A DNA stretch of 36,993 nt from a virus (IMGVR_UViG_3300006735_000087:1-36993); one strand, 5' to 3'. Counted from the stretch's first letter, positions 1 to 13,500 are shown. Notes: a model not told the origin generated them from the letters alone. Numbers and translations are program-made.

Positions 1-2466
1 AACACTATCTCCCTAGATGCGACTAGCATAGACATGGTTGTAGAAAGACAACAGTCTGCGTTTGGTATACCCTTGGCCGATGCAAAGAAAATGGCAATCG
101 ATCTTAATCAGGCAGTGGTTGGGTTTGAGATACAAGGTGTATTTACTGATGATGAAGGGCAGGAAGTAACATCGCAAGCAAAGGCTGTAGTTGATTTACA
201 CCACACTCAAACACTTTTTGATGGTGATGTCGAAAGTGCTTATGCTGAAACTAATACTGGTGGTAAACAAAGAAAAGGAAGTAGTAGTAATCGATTACTT
301 GAACTTTTTAATCAAATTACATCTTTATTTGAAAGAAAGAAAAAACAGAAAAAGGACTGGCAGAAGTGGCACGGTAAATACATGTCATTTCCAGTTGCAT
401 ACTGGATAGAGCAAAAAGGAGGCATACCTATTACTTCAGGGTTAGTAGCAAGATTCAATGCAGACTCTTTGTCTTTAACTTATAATCATGGGGCGACAGT
501 TGATACTTGGTCAGATTCTGTTTCTAGCATAGCCGCAAACAAAGTAGGTTCACCTATTTACAAAAAGCACGGTATAGGTGGGCAACCCTATGTTTTCTTC
601 GATGGCTCTTCAAGATTTGACATTTCATTTGACGCTAAATTGAATCCTAGTAACATGACTATCTTTGCAGTGGCCCAAACGACAAACGACAATGGGGCTG
701 CTCAATCTATAATCGTTAGTCGAGAAAGCACTAGCGAAGGCTACGCTCTATTTTACAATATGACAGGTTCTGAAAATGAAATTAAGTTAGATTATTACAA
801 TTCAGGAACCACTGACTTAGAAAGTGGTAATGGAACAGTTTCGACAAGTTCACCCAATATAATTGCAGCAAGAGTGCCTGCAAGTGGTACAAAGCAATTG
901 CTTCAAAATGGTGAGTTTAAAGAAAGTTTTAGTGGTACTTACAATAATTCAGATGCTGCTACTACATTCATAGGTGCGAGTGATAGTAGTACTTCTAATC
1001 CGTTTGTTGGGAACATTTACGAAATCGTGATTTACAATAGGGTGCTATCTCTTGATGAGGTGTTTCAAGTAGAAGGGTATCTATCAAGCAAATACAACAT
1101 ACCTTTACTTGGTCCTTTAGGTGGCGAACATCCGTATAGATTCTTTAATTTTATAGAAAACACAGACTCTGTAAAAGTGGTGTTTGATGCCGAAAGAGTT
1201 GCATCTAAAAATGAACCTTATGGCTTTGTTAATAAAACGCGAAGGATGACAGGTGTCAATGTCGACGGCGGTTTTAGTGGTATTAGTGGTGACGGCTCTT
1301 TTACATTACATGTTGACGGAGCCGATCCTAGAGAGTGGTTAGAGACAACTAATAGCACTGCAAAGTACCACATTACATTGAGAAACCCTACTACTGAAGC
1401 CTTTGTAGCAAATTCTGAAGGTGTTAGAATAATAATGGAAGTACTTTCTATTACTTCATCTACTCGAATAGTTTGTAGAATTATTGCTGGAGGAGGAACA
1501 ATTGCTGATGACCTTGAGGTATGGATAGCACCTTGTCAAAATCTATCAATTGAATATGAATCGCCACTTCATGGTAACCCTGTATTAGTCATACCTATTG
1601 AAAATGCCTTTGAAGAAGTTACCGCCCAAGGTCAAACTCTTAGTTTTGTTAATTATCCAAATTACGAAAATGGTAGTTCTAGGACCGAAGGTTTGTCGCA
1701 AATCCCTACTCATCCTAATTTACATGGTGAAGGCAAAAGGGCAGATGAATTCATTACTTATCAATTATCAAAGTTGTTGACATCTACTTTAGAAATCAGT
1801 GAGAGGGCAGTAAACGCCGCTGGTGATAAGACGATGGATAAGGTGTTTACAACTGCTATCAAAAAGAGTGGTGACGGTTTTGAAACTCGATTGGAAATAA
1901 CTCAAGTTCATGCTACATCACTTGGTACGGTTGGTGGCAAAATACGTCACAACTTTGGAGTTGGAATTCTACCTACGGTGCAAGGGTTTACAGGTGGCAA
2001 CGCAGGTAAAAAGGTCAAGTCTGCTGGGGATAAGGTACAAGACATTTTGGGTATACTTGGTAACAGTAACAGTTTTGATGTAACAAAGTCAAATAATAGT
2101 TTAGGTAATTTTATTTTGAATGTTGCTAGCCTTGCTACGCAGACTTTTTATGGCGAAAGAAACAGAGGAGATTACATATATGCAATTCAGATACCATATA
2201 ACAGTAATGTTACAAAGGGTAACAGTAGTTTAGATGCTCAGGTAGCACAGAGAAATCACTGGGTAATGACTGATGATGTCCCGATGTTTGAAAAGATGTC
2301 AGTTAGTAACGACACCCATGCATCAAAGGATTATGCACCTGAGCATAATAATAGTAGAAGAAATGGTATACACGGTATAATTACCGACTTTCATGTGCAT
2401 AGAGATGCTGAAATGAAAGCCTACGAATTTTCTTTGAAGTTCGTAGCAGCAAACGTAATAATTTGA
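1..2466 (+). CDS. Putative virion tail protein (5'-truncated) with an inserted LamG/concanavalin-A-like domain; paralog of the next gene
   Basis: The frame is open from base 1 (NTISLDATSIDMVVERQQSAF), and this aligns with the N-terminus of the next ORF, so the ATG at 34 is probably internal. A LamG-like segment lies at ~430-1110 (GLVARFNAD...PYVFFDG...MTIFAVA...FVGNIYEIVIYNRVLS...VEGYLSSKY). The C-terminal KSAGDKVQD...IQIPY motif is shared with the next ORF. Confidence 0.7.
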   Translation, partial: NTISLDATSIDMVVERQQSAFGIPLADAKKMAIDLNQAVVGFEIQGVFTDDEGQEVTSQAKAVVDLHHTQTLFDGDVESAYAETNTGGKQRKGSSSNRLLELFNQITSLFERKKKQKKDWQKWHGKYMSFPVAYWIEQKGGIPITSGLVARFNADSLSLTYNHGATVDTWSDSVSSIAANKVGSPIYKKHGIGGQPYVFFDGSSRFDISFDAKLNPSNMTIFAVAQTTNDNGAAQSIIVSRESTSEGYALFYNMTGSENEIKLDYYNSGTTDLESGNGTVSTSSPNIIAARVPASGTKQLLQNGEFKESFSGTYNNSDAATTFIGASDSSTSNPFVGNIYEIVIYNRVLSLDEVFQVEGYLSSKYNIPLLGPLGGEHPYRFFNFIENTDSVKVVFDAERVASKNEPYGFVNKTRRMTGVNVDGGFSGISGDGSFTLHVDGADPREWLETTNSTAKYHITLRNPTTEAFVANSEGVRIIMEVLSITSSTRIVCRIIAGGGTIADDLEVWIAPCQNLSIEYESPLHGNPVLVIPIENAFEEVTAQGQTLSFVNYPNYENGSSRTEGLSQIPTHPNLHGEGKRADEFITYQLSKLLTSTLEISERAVNAAGDKTMDKVFTTAIKKSGDGFETRLEITQVHATSLGTVGGKIRHNFGVGILPTVQGFTGGNAGKKVKSAGDKVQDILGILGNSNSFDVTKSNNSLGNFILNVASLATQTFYGERNRGDYIYAIQIPYNSNVTKGNSSLDAQVAQRNHWVMTDDVPMFEKMSVSNDTHASKDYAPEHNNSRRNGIHGIITDFHVHRDAEMKAYEFSLKFVAANVII

Positions 2467-2475
2467 GGAGATACA

Positions 2476-4500
2476 ATGGCTTTACCTATACGATTAATTG
2501 TTGGTCCTGACAACCTTATGGAAATACCGTTAGAGGCCCAGTCTTTAGATATCACAGTAGATCGTAATGCATCTGCTTTCCCTACCCCTAACAACATAGT
2601 AGGAAGAGTTGCTATTGATACCAACATACCCGCTATCGGTATAGAGATTGGTGGTATATTTCACGACGACACTAATAATTCGTTTGATGTAGAAACAACA
2701 AGACCTGCAGTTAGCGGGGGAGATATAGTGTTTAATTTTGCTTCGACTATGCCTACTACTAATTTTGTAACTGCTGAAGACTTCCGAGAAAATGTCCAAT
2801 GGCATTTAGGTCAGTTAGATGATTTTCATGTAATACAGTTTCCAAAAAACTTTGCAAAGTCTACATCTGCTCCTACAAGCGATATTAATATTGATGATAT
2901 TGAAGATAGAGCAATATACGGAAGTATGCTGAATTTATTAAGTGTAGAGTCAAATGTAGGAAATGACCCTATTAGTGCAATAAATCATCCTTCTGCAGGC
3001 ACATATTCTGCAGGCTCAACCAGCATAGACGTGGACCAAGGTATTAATTTCAAAGTAAAGGATAGAATACATTTGGCAAATGGGACCTTTGTTGGAACAA
3101 TAACGGGTATCAGCACCAACACTTTGACTTTTAGCGAGGGTACAAAGGTAGCATTACCAAACAATACAGATTTGCACTCATTTAAAACTACGGTGTTTAG
3201 TTCTACAGGTCAAGTAATAGGAAGTGTGGTAGATTTTGATAGCAAATTGAAGGGTTACCCTGCTACAAAAATGGTCGTCGATAAAATAAAATTAGATGGT
3301 TTTTTTCAACCGGTCTATAAAGACGTAAAATACTACTTAGTCGTTAATGGAACTGCCCCTCCCTTAGAAGAAGTGCTTCACGACAAGTCTATATTTTTGT
3401 ACCCTAATCATTGGAGAATGGATTTAATAAGTAAATCCGAAGGAGAAGGTAACGGTGTATGCAACGGTCCTGAGCCTATTGCTGTAAGATTAAAGTTTTC
3501 AAATGAAATGGCTCATGCTGACCATCAAAATCAGAAGTTTGCTAATGTCCAAGTCGCAGGCTCTCACCCTTCAATTATACAAGAAGGTAGACACTATGAG
3601 CAGGTCAACGGCGGCATTAGAGTTGCAAGTAGTAGAGGTAGGGATGTCATAGTAAAGGTCCCCATTGGCGGTATCAGCACTCATGCTGTAAACGGCAACC
3701 CTGCTAGTACACTTGCACTTATTGTAAAGAAGGCTCTTGAATTGACAACTGACGTAATGAATGTAGGGTTTATAGACGAGGGGACAGGTGAAACTATACC
3801 TGATGCATTTAGTGTGCAAGTTTCAGGACCCATACTAAAAGTAAAACAAAAGGTAAGGCCAATTAATGCAAACTTAATGTCGGTTTTAGAACCTTGTGCA
3901 AGAATTGGCTCGGCTGAAAACTACAATTTTGGCAAAGCCTTAGCGCAGATAGAATTCTTTACAGATAACTATGGAGTTTATTCAGTGAGTGCTAATTCCA
4001 AATCTGCCGGTGATAAAGTACAAGACTTGATAGGCTTAGTCTCCAACGCTAAGAAGAATAGAGATTTGATTAGAGGAATACAGATACCTTATGATAGTTT
4101 AATACAAAGTGATGCAGTTACACCGACTGCAAGAAATTTCTTTTTGACTTTTGGAGAGCAAGATCCTGATGCTAAAGGTTCAGCAGGTAATACACTTGAT
4201 GCAACACATACTATGATACCGGGGCTCTTACCCGGTGATTTGGGTGGCGATCCTCTTGAAGACAAAGGTTCAGGCATTTTAGATAATATTGCTGAATTTG
4301 GTGAAGCAATAGGTGCTATCGCCTCGTTTGTAAAGAACTTTATTGGTGACACATTTATCACATTATTATCAGATCCGCATGGAAATGATGGTGGAATAAG
4401 AATTGTTCCTGAAAAACTACATGTACGCTATGATGCTGGCAATAATTACTACGCGTTTAATTTGAGATTATTAGCGTCTGACTTTGTAATAGGGGTGTGA
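2476..4500 (+). CDS. Putative virion tail protein, paralog of upstream gene
   Basis: 674-aa ORF with GAGGAG RBS upstream of the ATG. N- and C-terminal blocks are homologous to ORF 1-2466. Contains a Thr/Gly-rich beta module also seen in two downstream genes. Confidence 0.65.
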   Translation: MALPIRLIVGPDNLMEIPLEAQSLDITVDRNASAFPTPNNIVGRVAIDTNIPAIGIEIGGIFHDDTNNSFDVETTRPAVSGGDIVFNFASTMPTTNFVTAEDFRENVQWHLGQLDDFHVIQFPKNFAKSTSAPTSDINIDDIEDRAIYGSMLNLLSVESNVGNDPISAINHPSAGTYSAGSTSIDVDQGINFKVKDRIHLANGTFVGTITGISTNTLTFSEGTKVALPNNTDLHSFKTTVFSSTGQVIGSVVDFDSKLKGYPATKMVVDKIKLDGFFQPVYKDVKYYLVVNGTAPPLEEVLHDKSIFLYPNHWRMDLISKSEGEGNGVCNGPEPIAVRLKFSNEMAHADHQNQKFANVQVAGSHPSIIQEGRHYEQVNGGIRVASSRGRDVIVKVPIGGISTHAVNGNPASTLALIVKKALELTTDVMNVGFIDEGTGETIPDAFSVQVSGPILKVKQKVRPINANLMSVLEPCARIGSAENYNFGKALAQIEFFTDNYGVYSVSANSKSAGDKVQDLIGLVSNAKKNRDLIRGIQIPYDSLIQSDAVTPTARNFFLTFGEQDPDAKGSAGNTLDATHTMIPGLLPGDLGGDPLEDKGSGILDNIAEFGEAIGAIASFVKNFIGDTFITLLSDPHGNDGGIRIVPEKLHVRYDAGNNYYAFNLRLLASDFVIGV

Positions 4501-4502
4501 AA

Positions 4503-7500
4503 ATGACTATATTGATTGACCCCGGACACGCTTTGCTTTTCAACGGTATAACTGATGGTGTAATAGTTCCTCCTAACTTAAACGTGGTACACGGTAAAAA
4601 TGATGAAACTGTAAAAACATTACCAAATGTATTGCGCTCATTCACATTAGAAACTTGGATTGTACCTGATTGTGGTGGAATAGTTTACGAATATGAAAAT
4701 GTAATGCGATTGAGTGTAGGTACGCCATCTAGCCCTGCACCTGCTACATTTGAAATCAATTTAGAAAATGTTGCCGCTGGCACCAGTAGCGTACATACCC
4801 TAAACAGTGCTAAACCAGTGCACAGTCCTAACGGAGAGTTAGCATATTGGGATGGAGTATTGTTCCCTACACCAAGTTTGACACTACACAATTCATACAT
4901 TTACACAGATGCAGCAGTGAATGATTCGACTGCACTAAATGATGGTCACAGAGAGTTATTGAATGTAACAGTTACTTTTACAGGTAGAAGATTGACAATG
5001 CATATCAATGGTGATATAGTAGTTTCAAAGGCATTTGATGAAATACAACAAGTTGTTTTGAATCCGTCTAACATGTTCCTTGGTGGCAAAGGCGGCGAGT
5101 ATAGAGGCACCATAGAAGCAATTCATCTTTCAAGAGGAGTAAAGCCATCCGGTAAAGTCGCTTACGCCCCTGTGAAAAGCGACGACACGATTGCTCTTTG
5201 GAGATTTGAAGAGCCAATAGAACCAATTACTACACAGGTTGTTACGCCATCTATTTCAGCATCTACTAGTGCGAATTCTACAATCAATATAGGTACAACT
5301 GCTGCTAAAGCATTAGCCAAAGAGTTAGCAGGTGACGGAGTTAGTGAAAACATAGACTTCACTACAGCGGCACCTTGGAATTCTCAGGGATCTTATACTG
5401 TTAAAAAGTACGCAGCGACATCAACTAGTGATATTACTATACCCAAGGTACCTTACAACATAATTGTTAACCCGCTAGGTTACAATCCAACAACAGGTAA
5501 ACCTACTGCAAAGGCACCCGAAAGGTTACGATTAACTGCGATAAATGGAGGTGCTGGGACAATTACAGTAGAATCTATTCATCTTGATTTTGGTGCTACC
5601 TCTAATGGAAGAAGAGGGGCGCTACAGGCACATGACGCTGGTATATTTGTCATAGTTACAGGAGATTGTATAGTCGATGGAGGGAACGGTAATGACTTCC
5701 AACCACAGGGTAGTGGTACACAGTTTTCTCATAGACAAGGACAAGTGTGCATTGATGAAAGTGAATTTGAAAATCATGGTATAATGTTCTCTATGAGTAT
5801 GGCTATAGATTCTGATACTTTCAATAAATTTTCAGCATCTTCTGCTAATCCCGGCGATGGTTTTTACATAGGTCATGCAGGTAGGCATACCTTGAATCAT
5901 GTCAAAAGCCATCCTTTTATGGGTACACTCCCCCCAGCATCAGATTTAGTAGTAGATAAAAAACTAGATGCGTCTGCTGATGTAATCTCTGCATCGTTTG
6001 AATCTCAGTACGCCGACATAAAAGATACTGTATTAATTAATTCTAAAGTCACCGCATATGATTCTATCATTAGTAATCAAATTACTAATCTGTCATTTAG
6101 TACAAAAGTGAGCCAAGTTGTAGAAAACGGAATGAGTGACATTTCTGATACACAAAGAGGAATTATTGGTTTAGGAGGCGCTAAGTTTGACTCTAGTTTA
6201 TTTAGTTTGAAAACTATTGGTGGGAACACCACGTTGAATGATTCAAAGGAGGCTTCAAGGCACCTAGTGCCCTCTAACGAAGCAAGAATCGCCATACTGG
6301 ATTTACCTTCTTTGTCTACTTACAATTACGCTCCATTTGTACAAATACACTACAATGCAGTTTGTCATAACTCTGAAAACTTTTCTGTAGCCGCTGCATC
6401 TAGGATAGACTCTTCATTTACCAGCACATCTACAACCATTAAGTTAGAAAGTATCAAATCGTTTGGTAAAGATGGCGCTGTTTTACCTGCATCTAATTTT
6501 TCCATAGATGGGACAGCGGCAACTACTGATGGAAGTATAACTGCTACACTAAACCACACTACTAAGAAAGTCACATTTAGTGCGGCTACTGATTTGGCAT
6601 TTCAAGATATTGATGATACTGGCGCAATCGTTAGACTAAGTATGGATGGTTCATCAATAATGGTGACAAAGACTGTACCCGATGTAAGCACTATTGTTAC
6701 AGGTAGTACATCGATTCTCGATCTTATTCATACTGCGTTAGATGCAGGGGACTTAGACATATACTCTCCCGGAGGCAGGATAGAAATAGATATGCCTGAA
6801 AACTTCGGTTTCACAGAGGGCGATTTAGAAGGCGACACCGAAGAGGGCACCTTAGCAGAATCAAAACTAGATTTCACTCTTTGTCCTGAAAACTATCTTC
6901 CATTAACTTCGACAGATACTCCGGCTAAAACTCCGCAAAGTATAGCCGTTGCTAATTCTGATTTATCTACAAAAAATTCACAGTTTAGTAAGGTAATCAT
7001 TGCGCCAAGTTATGCACCTAATAATATAGAAGAAGTAGAAGATATGGCGAGGCAGTTACCTATCAACCGTAGAGTTAGGACTGGCTTACTAATTAACAAT
7101 AACGGAGGCTATGCTGCTAGCACTACCACTGCATTAACTGTAGACGGTGTAGATGCAAGAACCATATTTGTTGACGGAGATACTGTCTATAAAGCAGATG
7201 GAACTGTCATTGGAACGATTAATCACACTGTTACTGAAACCACTATTAGAATATCAGGTGGTAGTGGTACAGCAGTTGCTTTGCAAGACAATGAAGAATT
7301 GTTTGTTGGACCGGTTGAATTAGGCAAAGGTACAACTAACCAATCTACAACTGTTCATGAAATATTTGATATTATTGAGCATCAGGTATTGAATGAAAAG
7401 GTAGTATTAACCGTTCAACCAAGTGATCGCAGACGTTTCACTCAGTTAGCAAAACTAAGGTCAGACTCATCTATGCCTAACTCAATATCAATAGAGTATC

Positions 7501-10500
7501 TTGTTTCAAGAGGCAGAGTCTTATCATTTGGTGATGAGGCCGATGGTAGTTCTAGTTTGTTAGCCTATGGACTTGTATCTGACATTGCAAGTGCAAGTGT
7601 TAGCGCAAAGGGTGATGGAGCACCTGATTCTCACATAGTCAAAGAGATTATGCCCGGTGCACCTGTAGTTACAGTCACACTGGGTGGCCCCGGCCAAGGT
7701 GCAATTAACACAAAAGAAACATGGAACCCAAGTCCCACTGCTAGAATGCCTTGGAGTACGAGGCGTGATTGTGTAACATTAGGCACCGAAGTAGATACTA
7801 GTGCTAGAACTATTACAGTAACACCTCTTAACAATCGTGCAACCGATTTAGCATCTTGGGGTACATATTGTTTCCCGAAAGTAGGTAGAGTTTATCTTGA
7901 AATGCCAAGGACTGATGTAAATGAAGCGATTCGTTTTGCTTCTGCAGAATATGCTTCAAAGACTGGCACGACATTTACATTTGCATCAGGTAGTCATCAA
8001 GGCACAGGTATGTTTGTTTTAGCAGATGGTAGTGAAGCAGATACGTTTACTGATTGGGTCAGTGGAGTAGAATCGATAAATATAGTTGGAGGTAATCTAC
8101 ATGTAGATGACAAATTCCTTGATGAGTCTGTTTGTAATGACGGTACAACTATCAATGATAGGCTGTTCCAAACTCTTGACACTGTTCAGCACGACTATCA
8201 ATTAGGGACACAGTATGCTAGTACTCGTGCATTGGTAGAAATACCTCTGTTTGAAGAGTTCTTCTTCGATAACCCTAATGAGGGCATATTCCCCGGTCCT
8301 GACAACAGTATGAAGATACACGTTGATGCTACAAGGACTGCTAGCAATTGGGCACCTAATCCAGTGGGCAGAAGGCACGAAGAAATTAGGCCTCAAGACC
8401 CTGAAGTGTTTGGTGCATTTTCATATTCAATAGCAACTAATGCCCATAGATCGGGCACTAAGATTACTAAGCCGTTTACAGGCACCACTATTTCTGTGGA
8501 GGATGCGAGTATATTCCCTATCCCTACTGCTGGTCCTACTGCAGTTGCAGGCATAGATGGTAGTGCAAGATTCCGTAGAGCATTTTTGTCCAGTGGAGAG
8601 TGGGTGCTTTACACTGCTAGAGATACTAGTGCAAATACAATCACAGCAGCATCAGCGGCAACTGCTGGTGGTAACTTTGCGATGAGTAAAAACTTTGTCA
8701 AAGAGTTCGCAGTCGGTGTACAGTTAACTCCGGGTCCGGGCTACCAAGACATGTCTTATTCACCTATTGCTGATAATCCTCTTCTCAAGAGTGCTGGTTA
8801 CGAAGGTAGGCGCTCATTTTACTATGACCGCTCCAATGTAATGACACAAGGTGGCAATGTTGATTATGGTATGAAGCAGTACGTCAGTGCTGTTGAATTT
8901 AGGGCAGGCCCTCGTGTTAATCCTCACCTTGACAGAATTCAAAGTGGCAGAGCAAAAGGTATAGTTGAATCTCTAAATACAGGACTCAATATATTGTACT
9001 TAAAAGATGGAAGTCTTTTCCCTGAAAATGTACAGGGAGTAAGTGGATATAGCGGCTATCGCTATAGATTGGCTTACAGAAATGCTAGTGGTACTTTGAA
9101 CTACGCACACTATGAAGCAAGGGCAGGGTCTGTGTTTACTCTAGCACAAAGAGATGCAGGTTTTACACCTTCTGAAGGCGATGAGGTTACACTTGTAGAT
9201 ATGAATGCTAGCCCTAGCACAATTTATCCTGAACAAAAGGAAGGGGTATTCCTAAACAACTCTTGGGCTTATCCTTATGCTCCGGGGGGATTGCGTGACG
9301 GTGACACTGTTTGGATGAACATGCATTACACTAATCCTCATTCAATTGAGGGGTTATTTGCTAAGAGCAGAGGCACACTAAACGAAGGCAAAGTTTGGAC
9401 CGGTTTCAATGGCGGGCAGGGGGCTATGCATGCAAATCCAAGAAGCAGCATACCTTTAGAAAATTTCTTGATTGGTAACACTTGTATAGAAACAGCAAAG
9501 AACTTTGTACAGCACGTCAATAAAACAATTGAGTTGAATTATGAAGCACTAGGTTTGTCTGCGACACTTGCACCAACTGTTGCATATTTAGATCCTTACC
9601 AGTCAGATAGTGAACATGCCCGTGTTTTACTGTACGATGTAGCACATGACCGTGAGTTCATAGCCTTCCAAGACCTGTGGATGCAGGTTCAAAGTAGTGC
9701 CGATGCAATCAAGATAGGGGCAGCACCAAGTGGAACTACTGGTGCAATAGTACACGATGATGATAACTCAGGCTCGTCACTAGATGTAGCATCGGGTTTC
9801 CCAAGTCAAAGCAAATTTCTTACAGCCACTACTAAATCACAATTTATTGAAGCCGCTTACTCGCATCAAAGTACATGGAATGCTAGCACAGGTACGGTGC
9901 TTTCACCACACAGTCCTGATGTCGGGACCAAATATACTACTAATGGTGGTATGCCTAGAACTAATGATGCAGTAATAAATTCAAATGATGCACTTTTATT
10001 GCACCAGCAAATCGATAAAGATTCAAGAGAAGCCTCAACTTTCTTTGATACCCCTGATGGTACCCGTGCTATACCTGCGTTCCTTGCTTTAAAAGGAATA
10101 AGAAGTAGTACGTTAGATTTGAGTGGGCACGAAGAGTCAAGACTGAATGGTTTAGACCACTGGACAAAAATGGACTTCGTAAGAAGACTAACTGTAGACT
10201 TTGGTGAAGTTCGTTTGAAAGACGGTGTAACAAATATAGAGGCTGCTGCTCGTGAAGTTGTTCGCTTGATTAACCAAGCCGGTGCAAAAAATGGTAGAAC
10301 CCATGCAAGAAAAGAAAAGGAGCAACACCTCGGAGAAAGCACAGGTTCTACGCACGATCCAGCACCGTTTTGGGACGTAAAGAAAGGGTTCTCTAGTCAT
10401 GACAAAGGAACTCACATGGGCTATGTACGTGCTCATCTTGGAAGAGTAGTACTCGACTCTAATAACAAAAAGGGCTTTTCTGTCGTTATACATTCTACAG

Positions 10501-13500
10501 TTCCCGGCGCAGAAGGGCGTAATTTCTGCGCTTGGTTAGATAGTAGTCGTGCACAAAGCCCTTATCGCCCACAATACTTAATTGGTCACGGGGGCAGATT
10601 CCGCAACTACTGGTGTCAGCCTGACGAGATGACTGGAGAAAACATGCACCCTGCCCCTATGCCAATCAATAGGTTTGGTAGGCCATTCGCTCCCATTACT
10701 ACTTTGAAAGAATACATTCCTCCTGAAGAAACACTAGATGTGTTTGAAAATAATTTGAGTTTAGGGCCTGAAACAGTTGCAGGCTCAACTCAGAAAACTG
10801 ATACATTCCGTGAAGGTGCATCGGGTAGGAATTCAAACACTGTGGTTAACGAATCATTTGAAACTAAAAGCCCATCATCTACATTAGTAGACGGTTTACG
10901 AACAGGTACATCTGCACAAGCCCGTATTAACTTCGGTGGCTTGACGCAAGCCGGTATTCCCGGTTGGGCACCTAATGCTGGTAAATGGGGTATGGGTCGA
11001 GATGGTGACGACAGATTCAAAGCAATATACGGCAATGCATCTAACGCTGCCACCGCTATGCTTGGTAGTACAATTTACACTTCTACGAACAAAACTGGCT
11101 ATATCCCCGAAGAGCAAATGAAGCCTGCTAACATAGGCAACGGCAATTTGTATGGTATTAGATTTGAAGACCACAGAGGTGACAACCATACGATAAGAAT
11201 GGTATACAAAGAGTGTGATAAGCCATTTGGTAACGATTTAACAATGGTGCCGCCTACATTTGACGAAGAGGTTGTAATTTACTTTGATGACAAAGATGTA
11301 GCGCAAGGTGGATTTACAATTGGTAAACATATGGTTGGCACGGGTGAAGTGTGCGGTGAAAAGAGCGGGGGCACTGCTAAGCCATACAAAGGTAATCTTT
11401 GGAACAATTATCCTTCACCTGCTGTAGGTATACATGGTGCAGTAAGTCTAACTCACGGTAGCGCAGGTACGGGTGAAACGCTGACAGTAGTATTTAGTGC
11501 ACCTTATGATACGAGTGGTTCGCTATCGCATCCTGACATTTTGGGCTATCTCGGCTTCCCTGAATCCGGGCTGTTACAACTTACTGACGATGCTAGCACT
11601 AGTGGTAATCAAGGTATGACCATACATTATACAAGTAGAACTCATAACAACAAAAGTGGTGCGCATAAATTTTATGGGTGCACAGGTGGGACTGGTAGTG
11701 CCATAAGTTCAGTGGGTCATCTAGTAAGTCCAAGAATCAATTTCACTAGTGTATTGACGGATGAAGTAATTGCAGCAGCGTTTGAATTTGCAATGACTAT
11801 GCCTGATGCAAATGATAGAAGTGTTTCAGCAACTAGTTTTGATTGCACTCATATGTTTGCACCTGACGGTAGAACGCTAGGTGAATGGGGTGTAAGCCCT
11901 ACTGCTATTAGAGTTAAAGTCAATAACAAAAACAGAACTCCGCTTAGTAAATTATTCAATGTTTCAAGAAGTAAAGATTGGGGCTTGATGGAAGGTGCAA
12001 GTAGTGATGCAACTGTAACTTCAAAGCACACTGGCGGACTTACTGATAATGAGAGAGATGATGGCACAAGATTAGATGTTGGCTATATTCCTGAAACTGT
12101 GCTACATGTTACTACTCGATACAGAGGAACTAATGCTAACACTGCTACACCGATCTTGGTAGATAGCCAAAACAATCAGTTAGATGTATCAACTTGGCAA
12201 AGAAATCTTCGCGGTGACAACTACACTAGTGTAGCAGGAGACCACATTATACCAAAGGTAGATAGCCCAATGATAAAACTGAGTGCTAAAACTTCATCAT
12301 TACTTACACTTGCATCTAACACTTTCCTATATTCGATATGCGTACCCGGCTCAGATGATGCTAATAGTTGGGGTGAAAGATTCACACTTTGGTTAGGCTC
12401 CGAAGAATACGCTGAAGTAACTAGCACTAGAGGCGGGGCAGACGCAGAAATCAAGTTAGATTACGGCGCTGCTACAGGGACCAGTGCTAACTTTGCATCC
12501 GCAGTTACTGCAACTGATATTCTCATGCGAAATGGAGATATCAAGAATGGCATGAAAACGGATGGCATTCGTAGAGCCAGTAGCAAGATGTCTAGCCCGT
12601 TCCTATACTTTAGAGGGGGTCGAGATAGCCCTGACCACTGGGTACCACTTTACTTTGGTGGTGGATTTAGCGGTGTAGTCATGGATGTCAACGACGGTAC
12701 TGAAAACGACTATGGTGAATTTTACACTCATCCATATGCAGGCGGACCAACGGGGTCGTGTGGTTTGCAAAATGTAGGTGAAATTGCAGGTTCCTATGCA
12801 TTGCTTGATACTAATGCTATGTTGGCTATGTTCCCCGGCACTCCATATTTAGACAATCACAAAGGTAAAAACAACCCGCCGCTATTTAATCAAAATGGTA
12901 TTCTGCCGTTTGATATGGCTAAAGGTGCTAATAATCACGCTACTGGTACAACGTATACAGACGGTACTAATACAGTGTCGACAAACATACCAAGTCCGAT
13001 TATACTTCGCTTTGCTCATCCTCACGCTAGGTACAGTTCGTCAGGAAATACTGATGACCAAACCGTGTACATGGTGTTTGGTCCCGGTCAAGCATTCCCT
13101 CACAACAGTGCTGCGTTTGAACCTCAAGGATCGAACATAGTGACTACAGGTAATGGCTACAGCGCTGTCCCTATCTACATAGGTGGCGACCCTTCTACTA
13201 ACGCATTTTTACCTAATGAATTGGCTAACGGTGGCGACGCTGTTAGTGGATTCAATCGTACTGCGGTTGCCTCTGCTCACTTGCCAAGAACATCTTTCTT
13301 CCAAAAGAATAGGCTTAGTGGGTTTAATTACGATATGAACTGGGAGCCGACCAAAGGTTTCCCAAGCGTATCTGTGCATGCTAGTAGCGGTGATAGTTTT
13401 GCTCAGACATTCGACAAGGCGTTTTACTATGAAGGGTCACTATTCGACGTAGCACATTTAACATACCCGCCAACAGCGCATCCTTTCAATCACGCATTTA

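Noticed and set aside
34-36. ATG at 34 as the true start of the first gene
   Set aside because: The frame is open upstream and homology to the paralog extends to base 1.
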